In this document: in pieces, positions 9,228 to 17,589 of the stretch
How the letters are laid out: each line of letters opens with the position of its first letter
Numbering within the stretch: the first letter of the stretch is position 1
From: Thermofilum adornatum
Lineage (GTDB): Archaea; Thermoproteota; Thermoprotei; Thermofilales; Thermofilaceae
Assembly (NCBI RefSeq): GCF_000446015.1
Contig: NC_022093.1
Location: 630,001 to 662,000 of the forward strand
DNA length: 32,000 nt
Direction: 5' to 3'
Made by a program: the position numbers and the translations under genes
Notes under the pieces: model-generated
Told to the model about the DNA's origin: nothing
Database searches by the model: none
The model's input: the letters and a program-made list of their open reading frames with translations, nothing else

Positions 9228-11779
9228 CCATCTTCTAGAAAAGACTTTATATTTACGGTATTTCCTTCAATCATTTTCACAACGTAGAATATACCCCTAA
9301 AAGAAATGACTTGCCCCCTACTTGCTCGCCTGATTGCCGTGGACAATTCTCTCGGTCTCGTGTCAGATGCCGAGCCAAATGAGGGACTAAATTTGAATAA
9401 AACGGCTTTTTCGGCATGCCTGAGGTTGTAAATTTGATAGATGTTGTCGATTTTTTTCAAAATACTTTCGATTTTAGTAGATTTTTCGAAAGGACCTATT
9501 GACTGGCTAATGCGATCTATAGCCTCGCGCAAAGCATCTTCAAAAAGATTATTGTCTAATGACCCTATAACTCCTTGAATATGGTTTATCATCTTTAAAT
9601 GTAGCGAGTCTCTTTCGTCAAATAGAACAGCTTTAAGACGTGTTAAGACTTGATCGTCTACTGCCGACTCTTCATCATATAGTTTTCCTATGTTAATCTT
9701 CTCTGAGGCTACCGACAAATAATCAAAGATTGCCCTTGTTATTGTTCTGCGTATAGCTTCTTGATTGTTGGACTTTATTGTATAACTTTCCAAGGACATT
9801 GCATCGCTTCTTAAAGCCGGGTCGCATAGAAGTCTATAGTTTTGATAGTAATAGTAATCTATGGGTGTTTGTGGGTCAAATATAACAATAATTAACGCAT
9901 CCCTGTTCCGACCCGCCCGCCCAATACGCTGCGTGAAATCTGAAATATAAAACGGCATCCCATGAATAACAGCTACATCAAGTGAGCCATAATCTACGCC
10001 TACTTCAAGAGTCTTTGTCGCTACCAGCACCTGGTACACTTTTTTGCTGAAATCTTGCTCTATCCTTATTCTGTCTTGTTCGTAATCAGTTGTATGACCG
10101 CCTACCCTTATACCCTGTATGTTTGCAATCTCATCATTTAGCCCGCGCCATAGTTCATTACTTTCCGCTAGTGAATTGACGAAAACAATTGTTTGTGGTT
10201 TTTTCTCCTTTGCTAAATCATAAAGTTTACCTATAGCTCTTATACATGTAGCCTGCATCTCATAGGTCTTGGGCATTAGGAAAAGAAATATTCTTTGTGA
10301 TTTAACATTCACACCTTTATCGTAATTAGCTTCGAATACTTCTATTGACTTAGCATCTTCTCCAAGTAAACTAGCTGCAAACATTTTAGGACTATGAATT
10401 GTTGCGCTAGAGATAATATAGGTAGGTCTCCAATCTGGCAGTTCGTTGTGATAAGTTCTAATAGCCTGCTCAAGTCTCTTCAATAAATAATATGTTTGTA
10501 TCCCAAAACTCCCCCTTAGCATATGTGCTTCATCTAGAACAATAGCGATCGGATGACCTAGCTTCTGCATAGGTATTAGCTCTGTAGACCCACATCTGCA
10601 TTTTCTTTTTTGAACAGGATATGTTGACCCGCATTTTTTGCATACTTTAACACTAGAGTATCCTATAATGGTTAATTCGGAGGGATTGCGCATCAAGACA
10701 GCATTGATCATGTCTTGATCTGTTAACAAAATATCAGGCGGTTCGGAGTAAATTGCCTCTCTTGTTAGTTTTATCCATTTATTCACCCAATCACTATCTC
10801 TATTCACAGGGCAATCCTCATAGTCGCACGACAATTTTTCCAAGGAAAATTTTTCTTCTTGTCTTTCAAAGTAAAGTGTGAGCGGGCGTTCATGAATGGG
10901 ACATTTAATCATTGTAACTTCTGGTTTATCTTCTCCGCTGGCAAACCTGCTTTTTATATTTCCATGCAATATTCCCATTGTAATTGTAAGGTCCTCCCGT
11001 TTTTGCCTGCGTAAATAATCATTAAAGTACCAGAGCAGATGAGCCAATTCGTCGGCCTGATCATTTGCAAGTGCCTTTGTTGGATAAAATAGAATAGCTT
11101 TACAGCCCTTGTGACCTTTGGCTTTATAAATAGCTGAGGCAAAAATTAAGGGAAGCAGAAAAGCATAGGTTTTTCCGCCAGAGGTCCTCGCAACTATTGC
11201 AAAATGTCTTTTTTCAGTATTCAAACCCAGAAGTGTTAGAGATATTTTCTTCAAGGCAGCTTCCTGGTACTTATATAACTTTTTTATACCTAACTGCTCA
11301 AGGGAATATTGAAGAGCGCTACCCACTATTTCAATGTCGTCGTGCTTAACTCCCGACCGTATAAATTGTTTGGCTTCATAAATTAGATTCCTTAGAGATT
11401 CTTTTACTTCGTCTTCAGAGGCTTCAATTGAAAAAACAGGCTCTTTAGCTATATTCCAGTCTCTAAACTTAAACCTGTTTCCTTGGTCGTCTTCAGCGAG
11501 GAGACAATTTATTGGATTAATTCCCTGGAGACCAAACTTGTCCCATTTCCATTCAACATTGTATCCTTCGAAGGCAACTTCACCCTCTACTTCAAATAGG
11601 TGTCCCATTGACCATTTATAGCCATTGCTATCATAGACGTATACTGTCGGTTTTTTTCTTTCTACAATTTTGTTATTGTATTGTTTCTTGTCGAAATAGC
11701 CACCGAGGCATATGAGTAAGCTCTTTAGAAAATATGTTTCTCCATAGTTTTTCTCTCTCGTAATACTTATCCCGATCAC
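9224..11779 (-). CDS. SF2 DEAD/DEAH-box helicase with inserted Zn ribbon, DrmA-like
   Basis: Motifs are ARTSGGKTYAF (I), IVLDEAHML (II), ISSATI (III), VATKTLEVGVDYG (V) and QRIGRAGRN (VI). A CKKCGSTYPVQKRKCRCGS insert lies between the RecA lobes. About 150 aa at the N-terminus are unassigned. Its GTG start overlaps the upstream gene's stop (GTGA at 11776-11779). Confidence 0.8.
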   Translation of the reverse strand: MIGISITREKNYGETYFLKSLLICLGGYFDKKQYNNKIVERKKPTVYVYDSNGYKWSMGHLFEVEGEVAFEGYNVEWKWDKFGLQGINPINCLLAEDDQGNRFKFRDWNIAKEPVFSIEASEDEVKESLRNLIYEAKQFIRSGVKHDDIEIVGSALQYSLEQLGIKKLYKYQEAALKKISLTLLGLNTEKRHFAIVARTSGGKTYAFLLPLIFASAIYKAKGHKGCKAILFYPTKALANDQADELAHLLWYFNDYLRRQKREDLTITMGILHGNIKSRFASGEDKPEVTMIKCPIHERPLTLYFERQEEKFSLEKLSCDYEDCPVNRDSDWVNKWIKLTREAIYSEPPDILLTDQDMINAVLMRNPSELTIIGYSSVKVCKKCGSTYPVQKRKCRCGSTELIPMQKLGHPIAIVLDEAHMLRGSFGIQTYYLLKRLEQAIRTYHNELPDWRPTYIISSATIHSPKMFAASLLGEDAKSIEVFEANYDKGVNVKSQRIFLFLMPKTYEMQATCIRAIGKLYDLAKEKKPQTIVFVNSLAESNELWRGLNDEIANIQGIRVGGHTTDYEQDRIRIEQDFSKKVYQVLVATKTLEVGVDYGSLDVAVIHGMPFYISDFTQRIGRAGRNRDALIIVIFDPQTPIDYYYYQNYRLLCDPALRSDAMSLESYTIKSNNQEAIRRTITRAIFDYLSVASEKINIGKLYDEESAVDDQVLTRLKAVLFDERDSLHLKMINHIQGVIGSLDNNLFEDALREAIDRISQSIGPFEKSTKIESILKKIDNIYQIYNLRHAEKAVLFKFSPSFGSASDTRPRELSTAIRRASRGQVISFRGIFYVVKMIEGNTVNIKSFLEDG

Positions 11780-12495
11780 GGCAGCGTGATGTATTTTGTA
11801 TCTCTTGATGAAACCTGTCCATTCTTTGCAGCCGTTTTATTTATAGAAAACTTAAAATCTTTATCCTGCCTAGAGCCCAAATATTTTTCAATATCGGGAA
11901 AGCTGTCTTTTAAATCAATGAATAAATGATTGCCCTGTGAGTGCTCAAGTCTAGCATAGATCTTTGAGCCAAGAGGTAGTCCCACCGCAATATCTACTCT
12001 ATTATTGTTATTCCAAGAAATTTGCCTGCGTAAATTCTTTTGGAACACCGAATTTATATCTTTTCTATTAATTTTCACTGTGACATCGATTATATTTTCA
12101 TTAATTAACGTAAACTCAATCTTCACATCAGCAAAGTTTTCCTCAGTGTCATCTGGACAGGGCGGGGCAAGTCTAATGGCAAAACTGTAGCCTAAGTTTA
12201 CTTTTCTCTCTTTATGAGACGTAAGAGGACTTATTTTAGAAAACTCAAATCCTGTTAGGTACCATGCATGAAAAGATTTAGAAAGACCTTCGTCTTCTTC
12301 TTCAGTTTCTTCTGCTTCCTCTTCATCAACTGAAACAACTTTATTAGAATCGTCAAGGAGCTTATAGTCTTCCAAAAACTTCTCATAAAGAGCAAATGGA
12401 AGAGGACCTAAAACAGCTATATGCGGTTTTTCAGGATGCTTTCGATCTTTTAGGTATACTACTAGTTGCTCGGCTATACTTTCAAAAACATTCAT
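11776..12495 (-). CDS. Hypothetical protein (~239 aa) with acidic tract, first gene of the DISARM-like operon
   Basis: The ORF is intact, with an ATG at 12495 (a GTG at 12498 is also in frame). It contains the acidic run DEEEAEETEEEDEG. It appears translationally coupled to the helicase. No motif was recognised. Confidence 0.65.
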   Translation of the reverse strand: MNVFESIAEQLVVYLKDRKHPEKPHIAVLGPLPFALYEKFLEDYKLLDDSNKVVSVDEEEAEETEEEDEGLSKSFHAWYLTGFEFSKISPLTSHKERKVNLGYSFAIRLAPPCPDDTEENFADVKIEFTLINENIIDVTVKINRKDINSVFQKNLRRQISWNNNNRVDIAVGLPLGSKIYARLEHSQGNHLFIDLKDSFPDIEKYLGSRQDKDFKFSINKTAAKNGQVSSRDTKYITLP

Positions 12496-12518
12496 CACAG
12501 TTAATTTTTATATACTTG

Positions 12519-12532
12519 CATATAAATTTTCT
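12519..12532 (-). promoter_or_regulatory. Putative TATA box for the five-gene operon (leaderless-type spacing)
   Basis: The minus strand reads AAAATTTATA at 12530-12521, about 26-35 nt upstream of the ATG at 12495. This spacing is typical of crenarchaeal leaderless transcripts. The call rests on the sequence pattern only. Confidence 0.3.
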
Positions 12533-12846
12533 GACTCATAATATATTTGATTTTTCTATGACAGCATGTTCCACAAAAATTTATCGTTTTCAAAGTTCTC
12601 TATAAAAGTATGCCCATTTACTTTATTACGACTTCCCAATGATTAATTTTAAATGAAACGATATCATATGTTAACTTCGCCGGGGAAATTACACATGACA
12701 ACAGAAGTATCGTTTAAAGTTTACAAGAATATTCCTCCTATGAATAGAGAGAGATACGAGGTCGGAAGCAATCAGGCAATATACAATACTCTTCGAAGCG
12801 AAATAAAAGAAAAAAATGGATAGAATTGCTGAAGTTCATCGGTAAA

Positions 12847-13527
12847 ATGTATATGAACACTTCGAATTGGAAGCTAGCGCAAGAAAAATCAAAAATCCTT
12901 AGATCAGAAATCTTAAAATGGGTATATAAACACATGCGAGATTTTCCTTGGAGAAGAACAAATGATCCCTACGTAGTTCTTGTAACTGAGAAACTTCTTC
13001 AGCAAACAGACTATGGTCATGTAAAAAAAGTGTGGTATAAGTTTTTTGAGAAATTTCCTACTGTTAACGCTCTAGCACAAGCAAAAGAAGAAGAAATAGC
13101 CGAAATACTTAGACCCCTCGGCTTATGGAGACAGAGAGCGAAACAACTTAATGCCATTGCGGGTACTCTGGTGGCAAAATTTGGAGGACAAATTCCATGC
13201 AGCTACAAGGAGCTACTATCACTTCCCGGCGTAGGAGACTACATTGCAAGAGCCACCTTAGTGTTTGCTTGCGAGATTCCTACTTACCTAATCGATGTTA
13301 ATACCAAGAAAATCGTTCAGAGATTTATCTTCTATCCCACTCAGGTGACTGAAAAAGAAGTAGCCAAGGTATTAGAGATTGCAACACCAAAAAGTCCAAG
13401 AGAATGTAAACTTTTCAACTGGGGAATGATAGACTTTTCCGCGCTTGTCTGCACAAAAAAACCTAAGTGTGATATATGTCCTCTCAGGGAAAATTGCGCC
13501 TATTATTCTTACACAATTATTGGCTAG
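12847..13527 (+). CDS. HhH-GPD DNA glycosylase of the EndoIII/MutY/Mig family with 4Fe-4S cluster loop
   Basis: Motifs are FPWRRTNDPYVVLVTEKLLQQT, the HhH LLSLPGVGDYIARA, IDVNTKKIVQRF and the C-terminal Cys cluster CTKKPKCDICPLRENC. The ORF is open from a TTG at 12826; the ATG at 12847 is preferred. Its 3' end overlaps the convergent C5-MTase 3' end by 11 nt. Confidence 0.8.
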   Translation: MYMNTSNWKLAQEKSKILRSEILKWVYKHMRDFPWRRTNDPYVVLVTEKLLQQTDYGHVKKVWYKFFEKFPTVNALAQAKEEEIAEILRPLGLWRQRAKQLNAIAGTLVAKFGGQIPCSYKELLSLPGVGDYIARATLVFACEIPTYLIDVNTKKIVQRFIFYPTQVTEKEVAKVLEIATPKSPRECKLFNWGMIDFSALVCTKKPKCDICPLRENCAYYSYTIIG

Positions 13528-14749
13528 GTGGAATCCTTGCTTCTACAAGAGACTTTAGCACAGCTTCAGCCACCCTTTTTGCTAGCAAGGGTGGCACTGC
13601 GTCTCCTATTAGAGCATATTTATCGACAACATTTCCAATGAATTTATATCCATCCGGGAAAGTTTGTATCCTGGCACATTCCCATACACTTAATCTTCTC
13701 GGCTTCTTATCTGAGTTGTTTTCAAACTCCCATTTATCTTTCCCTACATGAATCATTCTAGGCGAGTCTGGATGCAGTGGTATGTGCCTAGCGCTTGCAA
13801 GTATAATATAGCTAGGCTCATCCCACGATTTGTACCTATTCCTGGACATGTAGATAGGCGAAAAGTTGCCCTCATAAACCTCATCTCCTACTCTCTTCTC
13901 AAATGGAGGTAAATCTCCAATTGCATCTCTCAAAGTCCTATATTTCTCAATAACCTTTCCACCTGCACTCATGAATGGCTTTGGAGCATGGGTAGGTTCT
14001 GGGAATCTTATAGTTATCCCTAAACTTCTTTTAGCGCCAATGAAAATTACCCTTTCTCTTTCTTGAGGAACACCGTAATCCAAGGCATTTAATATTTTCC
14101 ACTCAACATCATAACCGATCCTGTCAAAAGCTTGCTTTATGGCTTCCACAGCCGTTACCAAGTAATTTTTCACATACTCGACGAGTTTTTTTTGATAAGG
14201 ATCCAAAATATTATTTTCTCTAATTATATACTGGGGGGCTGCCCGCCTTTTCCTACCTACACTTTGAAGATCAAGCAACTTATTTAAAGCTTCAAGAACT
14301 CTTCTTTTTTCATCCTCGTCTATGTCTTCTCGAATGGTAAGCATGGTCAATATTCCTTTAACGTTCTCCATTACAAAAACGTAAGGCTGAAGCCTTGCCA
14401 CCACTTCCACATAGTCATAGAAAAGCTTAGCTCTGGGATCACTTGGATCGCGCTTGCCAGCTAAGCTGAACGCCTCACACGGCGGACCACCAATAATAAC
14501 GTCTACACGTCCTCCAGTCAAGCTGTAAAGTTTCTCCTTAACAGACCTATCTCTAATATCGCCGCAGATAACCTCAACTTCGGGGTGATTTGCCTTATAG
14601 GTTTCGCATGCCCTTTTCCAAATGTCTACAGCAGCTAAGACCTTAAACCCATAGCCCTGGTACTCAGCTTGCTTGAATCCCAAAGTCAACCCGCCAGCAC
14701 CGCAAAAGAGGTCCACCAAGGTATAGTACCTCATTTTCGCAACCCTCAC
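13517..14749 (-). CDS. dcm: DNA (cytosine-5) methyltransferase
   Basis: C5-MTase motifs appear in canonical order: DLFCGAGG (I), GGPPCEAFS (IV), ENV (VI), QERERVIFIG (VIII) and IGDAVPP (X). Confidence 0.92.
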   Translation of the reverse strand: MRVAKMRYYTLVDLFCGAGGLTLGFKQAEYQGYGFKVLAAVDIWKRACETYKANHPEVEVICGDIRDRSVKEKLYSLTGGRVDVIIGGPPCEAFSLAGKRDPSDPRAKLFYDYVEVVARLQPYVFVMENVKGILTMLTIREDIDEDEKRRVLEALNKLLDLQSVGRKRRAAPQYIIRENNILDPYQKKLVEYVKNYLVTAVEAIKQAFDRIGYDVEWKILNALDYGVPQERERVIFIGAKRSLGITIRFPEPTHAPKPFMSAGGKVIEKYRTLRDAIGDLPPFEKRVGDEVYEGNFSPIYMSRNRYKSWDEPSYIILASARHIPLHPDSPRMIHVGKDKWEFENNSDKKPRRLSVWECARIQTFPDGYKFIGNVVDKYALIGDAVPPLLAKRVAEAVLKSLVEARIPPSQ

Positions 14750-14798
14750 CTCATAAATTCATTGATCTTTAAAAGGAGGCATAAAAGTGTACATACAT

Positions 14799-15014
14799 TT
14801 AATGTTCACGGTCATTCCCACTCAGTAAATCCTTTTCCTTTACTGTTGAAGAAAGAATAGACTTTTCAGAAAGCCAAGCCAGGACAATATTCCTCACAAT
14901 CTCGGCGTCCTCATTACCCATAAAGCCGCGCAAACGCTCAATAAGACTCCATTGGCGCTCTGTAAATGTTACTTGAATCCTTTTAACGCTTTTTCTCTCT
15001 TCAGTGTGCTTCAT
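14799..15014 (-). CDS. Ribbon-helix-helix (CopG/Arc-like) DNA-binding protein, possible controller of the MTase
   Basis: KRIQVTFTERQWSLIERLRG...DAEIVRNIVLAWLSE fits a beta-alpha-alpha RHH fold. It lies 49 nt upstream of the MTase start on the same strand. The ORF is open to 15032; the internal Met at 15014 is preferred. Confidence 0.55.
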   Translation of the reverse strand: MKHTEERKSVKRIQVTFTERQWSLIERLRGFMGNEDAEIVRNIVLAWLSEKSILSSTVKEKDLLSGNDREH

Positions 15015-15272
15015 AAAACACATCCAAGACACATTAAACTCAGTGGCTTATAAAGATTTCACCAGCAATGCCAAAAGTAAACAACAGGATATAATTAGAC
15101 ATTAATCAAAAGTATCGGTAATTATCCTTGCTCGTGCTAACCATAGGGAGCCTTAACACAAATCTCATAATGCTACCAAAATCACCGTATAACACGACAT
15201 ATAGAAGCTAAATGCATTGAGTATGTAGTTCCAATAATTTCTGTGACGTCAAAATCCTTGGCATACTTAGTA

Positions 15273-16370
15273 TTACCCTCTAAGCATAAAACCATGCTCT
15301 GAGCTTACGTCTTTGCCTGTCTCTCTGTCTACTAGGCCTTTCGCCTCGGCAACTATTTGAGAGTATCTGGTGTTGTTCTCTAAGTACCTCCAGTAGTTTT
15401 CAGCCCTAACTGGTCCAGCCGGCGTAGTGTAGCTTATATCTAGCACGTACCACACGCCGTCTATCTTGACCTCTGGCAGGGCATGATCGTAGTCTATGAA
15501 TGCAACTACTCTAGCCTCGCAACCTAGGACATCTCTTAGCAGGGTAGTCAGCTCAATCGCGAAGTCCTCGCATGTGCCAGTATCGGCAATGGCTATAATG
15601 TCGTCACCTGGTATCATTAGCTGTCTAGGCTTTGGAACATTAACCCTATATGTGAACGTGAAACTTGCCCGCGTTGCTTTCGCAATGCTCCACGCGTTCT
15701 CCAAGGTGCATCGTGTCCCGTAAATGCTCTTCATCTCTTTTACTTTGACTGGATAAAGCCACTGCCCAAGAATCACCACTCCCGTGTAGGACACCAACAA
15801 TATGGATAACAGTAAAACAGTGACAAAGGTAGGTAAATCCCTTATATAGCGTCTAGCGAGACCCGCAAAGATGCCAGCAATGATAACTGGAACTAGATAA
15901 TTTACAGTGAAGACCAGGACTAGCACGCCCCCCTTATCAACAGACACAAAATAGGGACTGTGAAGCACCTCAAACGACACATACACAAAATTCGCGTAGA
16001 CCACGTACAAAGCAAACAAAACGACACCGAGAAAGAGACCCTCAGATATCAATAATAAAAAATCATGTAAAACTCGTAACCCTTGGATTATTTTACCAGC
16101 CAATTTCATGATTGAACCTGGAATCTTGAATTCTATTTTTTCCTTGATGATTACTCTACCAGCTATCTCTATAATTAAAATTAGAAGTGCAAGCATGAAA
16201 CTAAGAACAGCGAGCGGGCCCGCCTCTTTAAGGAAAAGATAAAACTGTATAATTGCCCCAAGAACAAAGACACTTAAGCTAACATGTTGCCACCGGACAA
16301 GCTCCATGCTCCTCTTACCGATTTTTGCTATCCTTGCAGAGACACCCTTGCAAAAAGCTTTACCAACCAT
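15273..16370 (-). CDS. Multi-pass membrane protein with C-terminal transglutaminase-like Cys-His-Asp domain
   Basis: The N-terminal ~200 aa are hydrophobic, with several predicted TM helices. The C-terminus has GTCEDFAIELTTLLRDVLGCEARVV ... DHALPEVKIDGVWYVLD, matching the transglutaminase-like core pattern (C ... H ... D). Confidence 0.65.
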   Translation of the reverse strand: MVGKAFCKGVSARIAKIGKRSMELVRWQHVSLSVFVLGAIIQFYLFLKEAGPLAVLSFMLALLILIIEIAGRVIIKEKIEFKIPGSIMKLAGKIIQGLRVLHDFLLLISEGLFLGVVLFALYVVYANFVYVSFEVLHSPYFVSVDKGGVLVLVFTVNYLVPVIIAGIFAGLARRYIRDLPTFVTVLLLSILLVSYTGVVILGQWLYPVKVKEMKSIYGTRCTLENAWSIAKATRASFTFTYRVNVPKPRQLMIPGDDIIAIADTGTCEDFAIELTTLLRDVLGCEARVVAFIDYDHALPEVKIDGVWYVLDISYTTPAGPVRAENYWRYLENNTRYSQIVAEAKGLVDRETGKDVSSEHGFMLRG

Positions 16371-16568
16371 TACCTTTCAACAGTATTAGTTTAAAGGATG
16401 ATCCTAAAAAGATAACCACAGGGATAATATTTGTAAGATAAAAGTATTACATTTGTGCCATCCCTAGCACATGTTCAAAACGCCTAACACAACTGACTGC
16501 ACCGCGCACCAAACACGGAACACACATACCTGACACTCATCGAAGCTCATCCAGAACAAAACAAAGAA

Positions 16569-17262
16569 GCAACAATTCTTTCTAAGTTGAACCAGGATAA
16601 ACAGGCATGGATACAGCTATAGGTTCCTCAGGTCACCTTACGCACTTTCAATTCTTTCTGAGTTGCATCAACAATTTCCGATTCATGCAACATTTAATGG
16701 ATACACCTTTCCTTCAATTCTTTCTGAGTTGCATCTGGCAACAATTAGAGAGATGGACAAGGCTGTTTCTAGAGGCCTTCAATTCTTTCTGAGTTGCATC
16801 TAAAAGGCTTCTGGCTCGGGGTGGCCGAGGGCCTGGCCCTCCTTCAATTCTTTCTGAGTTGCATCCCTAAGCGCCTTGGTCTCTATGGTCTGGGTTATCT
16901 TCGACCCTTCAATTCTTTCTGAGTTGCATCCGATATCGCTGACGCCTTGACGCTGAGGTTAGCGAAGAACCTTCAATTCTTTCTGAGTTGCATCCCGCGC
17001 AATAGGCATCGACCTAGAAAACGAGGGATACTCAAACCTTCAATTCTTTCTGAGTTGCATCTAAGCTGAGCGGTCTGGGCCGAGCCGAGAAGGTTACCCT
17101 GATCCTTCAATTCTTTCTGAGCCGCATCCTGGTCAGAGGGCGTTGACCTACCCGCCGACGCGGTGCTAGTAGCCTTTCAATTCTTTCTTAGTTGCATCAC
17201 AGTCCAGTTGCTCGGGAGCACCCCGCAGCTCGTTGCTCTTTCAATTCTTTCTTAGTTGCATC
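16569..17262 (-). CRISPR. CRISPR array 2: 11 repeats (same family as array 1), 10 spacers
   Basis: Repeat starts are 16569 (degenerate), 16645, 16711, 16776, 16841, 16906, 16970, 17037, 17104 (GAGCCGCATC variant), 17174 and 17238. The two leader-proximal repeats share the variant CTTTCAATTCTTTCTTAGTTGCATC. The leader lies on the right, so the functional strand is minus. Confidence 0.96.
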
Positions 17263-17506
17263 CGAGTTGTTTTACCGAGGAGGGGTTTATATGTTTAACG
17301 CTTTTTCCTGCAAGAAGCCAGCAAAACTGCCCTAGCACTCAAATTTACACATTGGAGGCTTCTGAAACTTCCCAATTGGGAAGCTTCTCGAAATACCCCG
17401 TTTTGGGTCGGGAAGTTTTCCCGTAATCTCTTTTCAAAATAACCTTCCCGTCGAGAAACTTCATAAACACCTTTTAGTCTTCCTTTAAGGAAAACATTGA
17501 CAAAAA
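17263..17506 (-). promoter_or_regulatory. CRISPR leader 2 (~244 bp)
   Basis: It is collinear with and highly similar to leader 1 (3479-3724), including the TTTATATG block about 25-30 nt from the first repeat. Confidence 0.8.
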
Positions 17507-17589
17507 GCGGCGTGCGTTTGCCATAAAAGGTGGTCGCAGTGAAGATTTTCCCTTTTTCCATGTTTTATGTATTCGGTAACTTTCTCTCG

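Noticed and set aside
12695-12823. 42-aa plus-strand ORF (MTTEVSFKVYKNIPPMNRERYEVGSNQAIYNTLRSEIKEKNG) just upstream of the glycosylase gene.
   Set aside because: It is too short, has no recognisable motif and lies in the divergent promoter region. It cannot be supported from sequence alone, although ribosome profiling could revisit it.
12738-12935. 65-aa minus-strand ORF overlapping the glycosylase start region; also the other short antisense ORFs in the track (for example 7506-7898, 8968-9201, 12005-12190, 27126-27509, 31094-31633).
   Set aside because: Each is embedded antisense in a longer ORF with clear family motifs, and none has motifs of its own.
13517-15272. Classical restriction endonuclease partner for the C5 methyltransferase.
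   Set aside because: The only neighbouring ORFs are an RHH protein and a glycosylase. No PD-(D/E)xK, HNH or GIY-YIG candidate ORF is present in the flanks.
2365-17237. Self-targeting spacers, meaning spacers that match the AT-rich island or the 17.5-22 kb segment.
   Set aside because: Visual comparison of the 27 spacers with the window revealed no match. This is not an exhaustive search, and a BLASTN-short of all spacers against the genome and viral databases is required.
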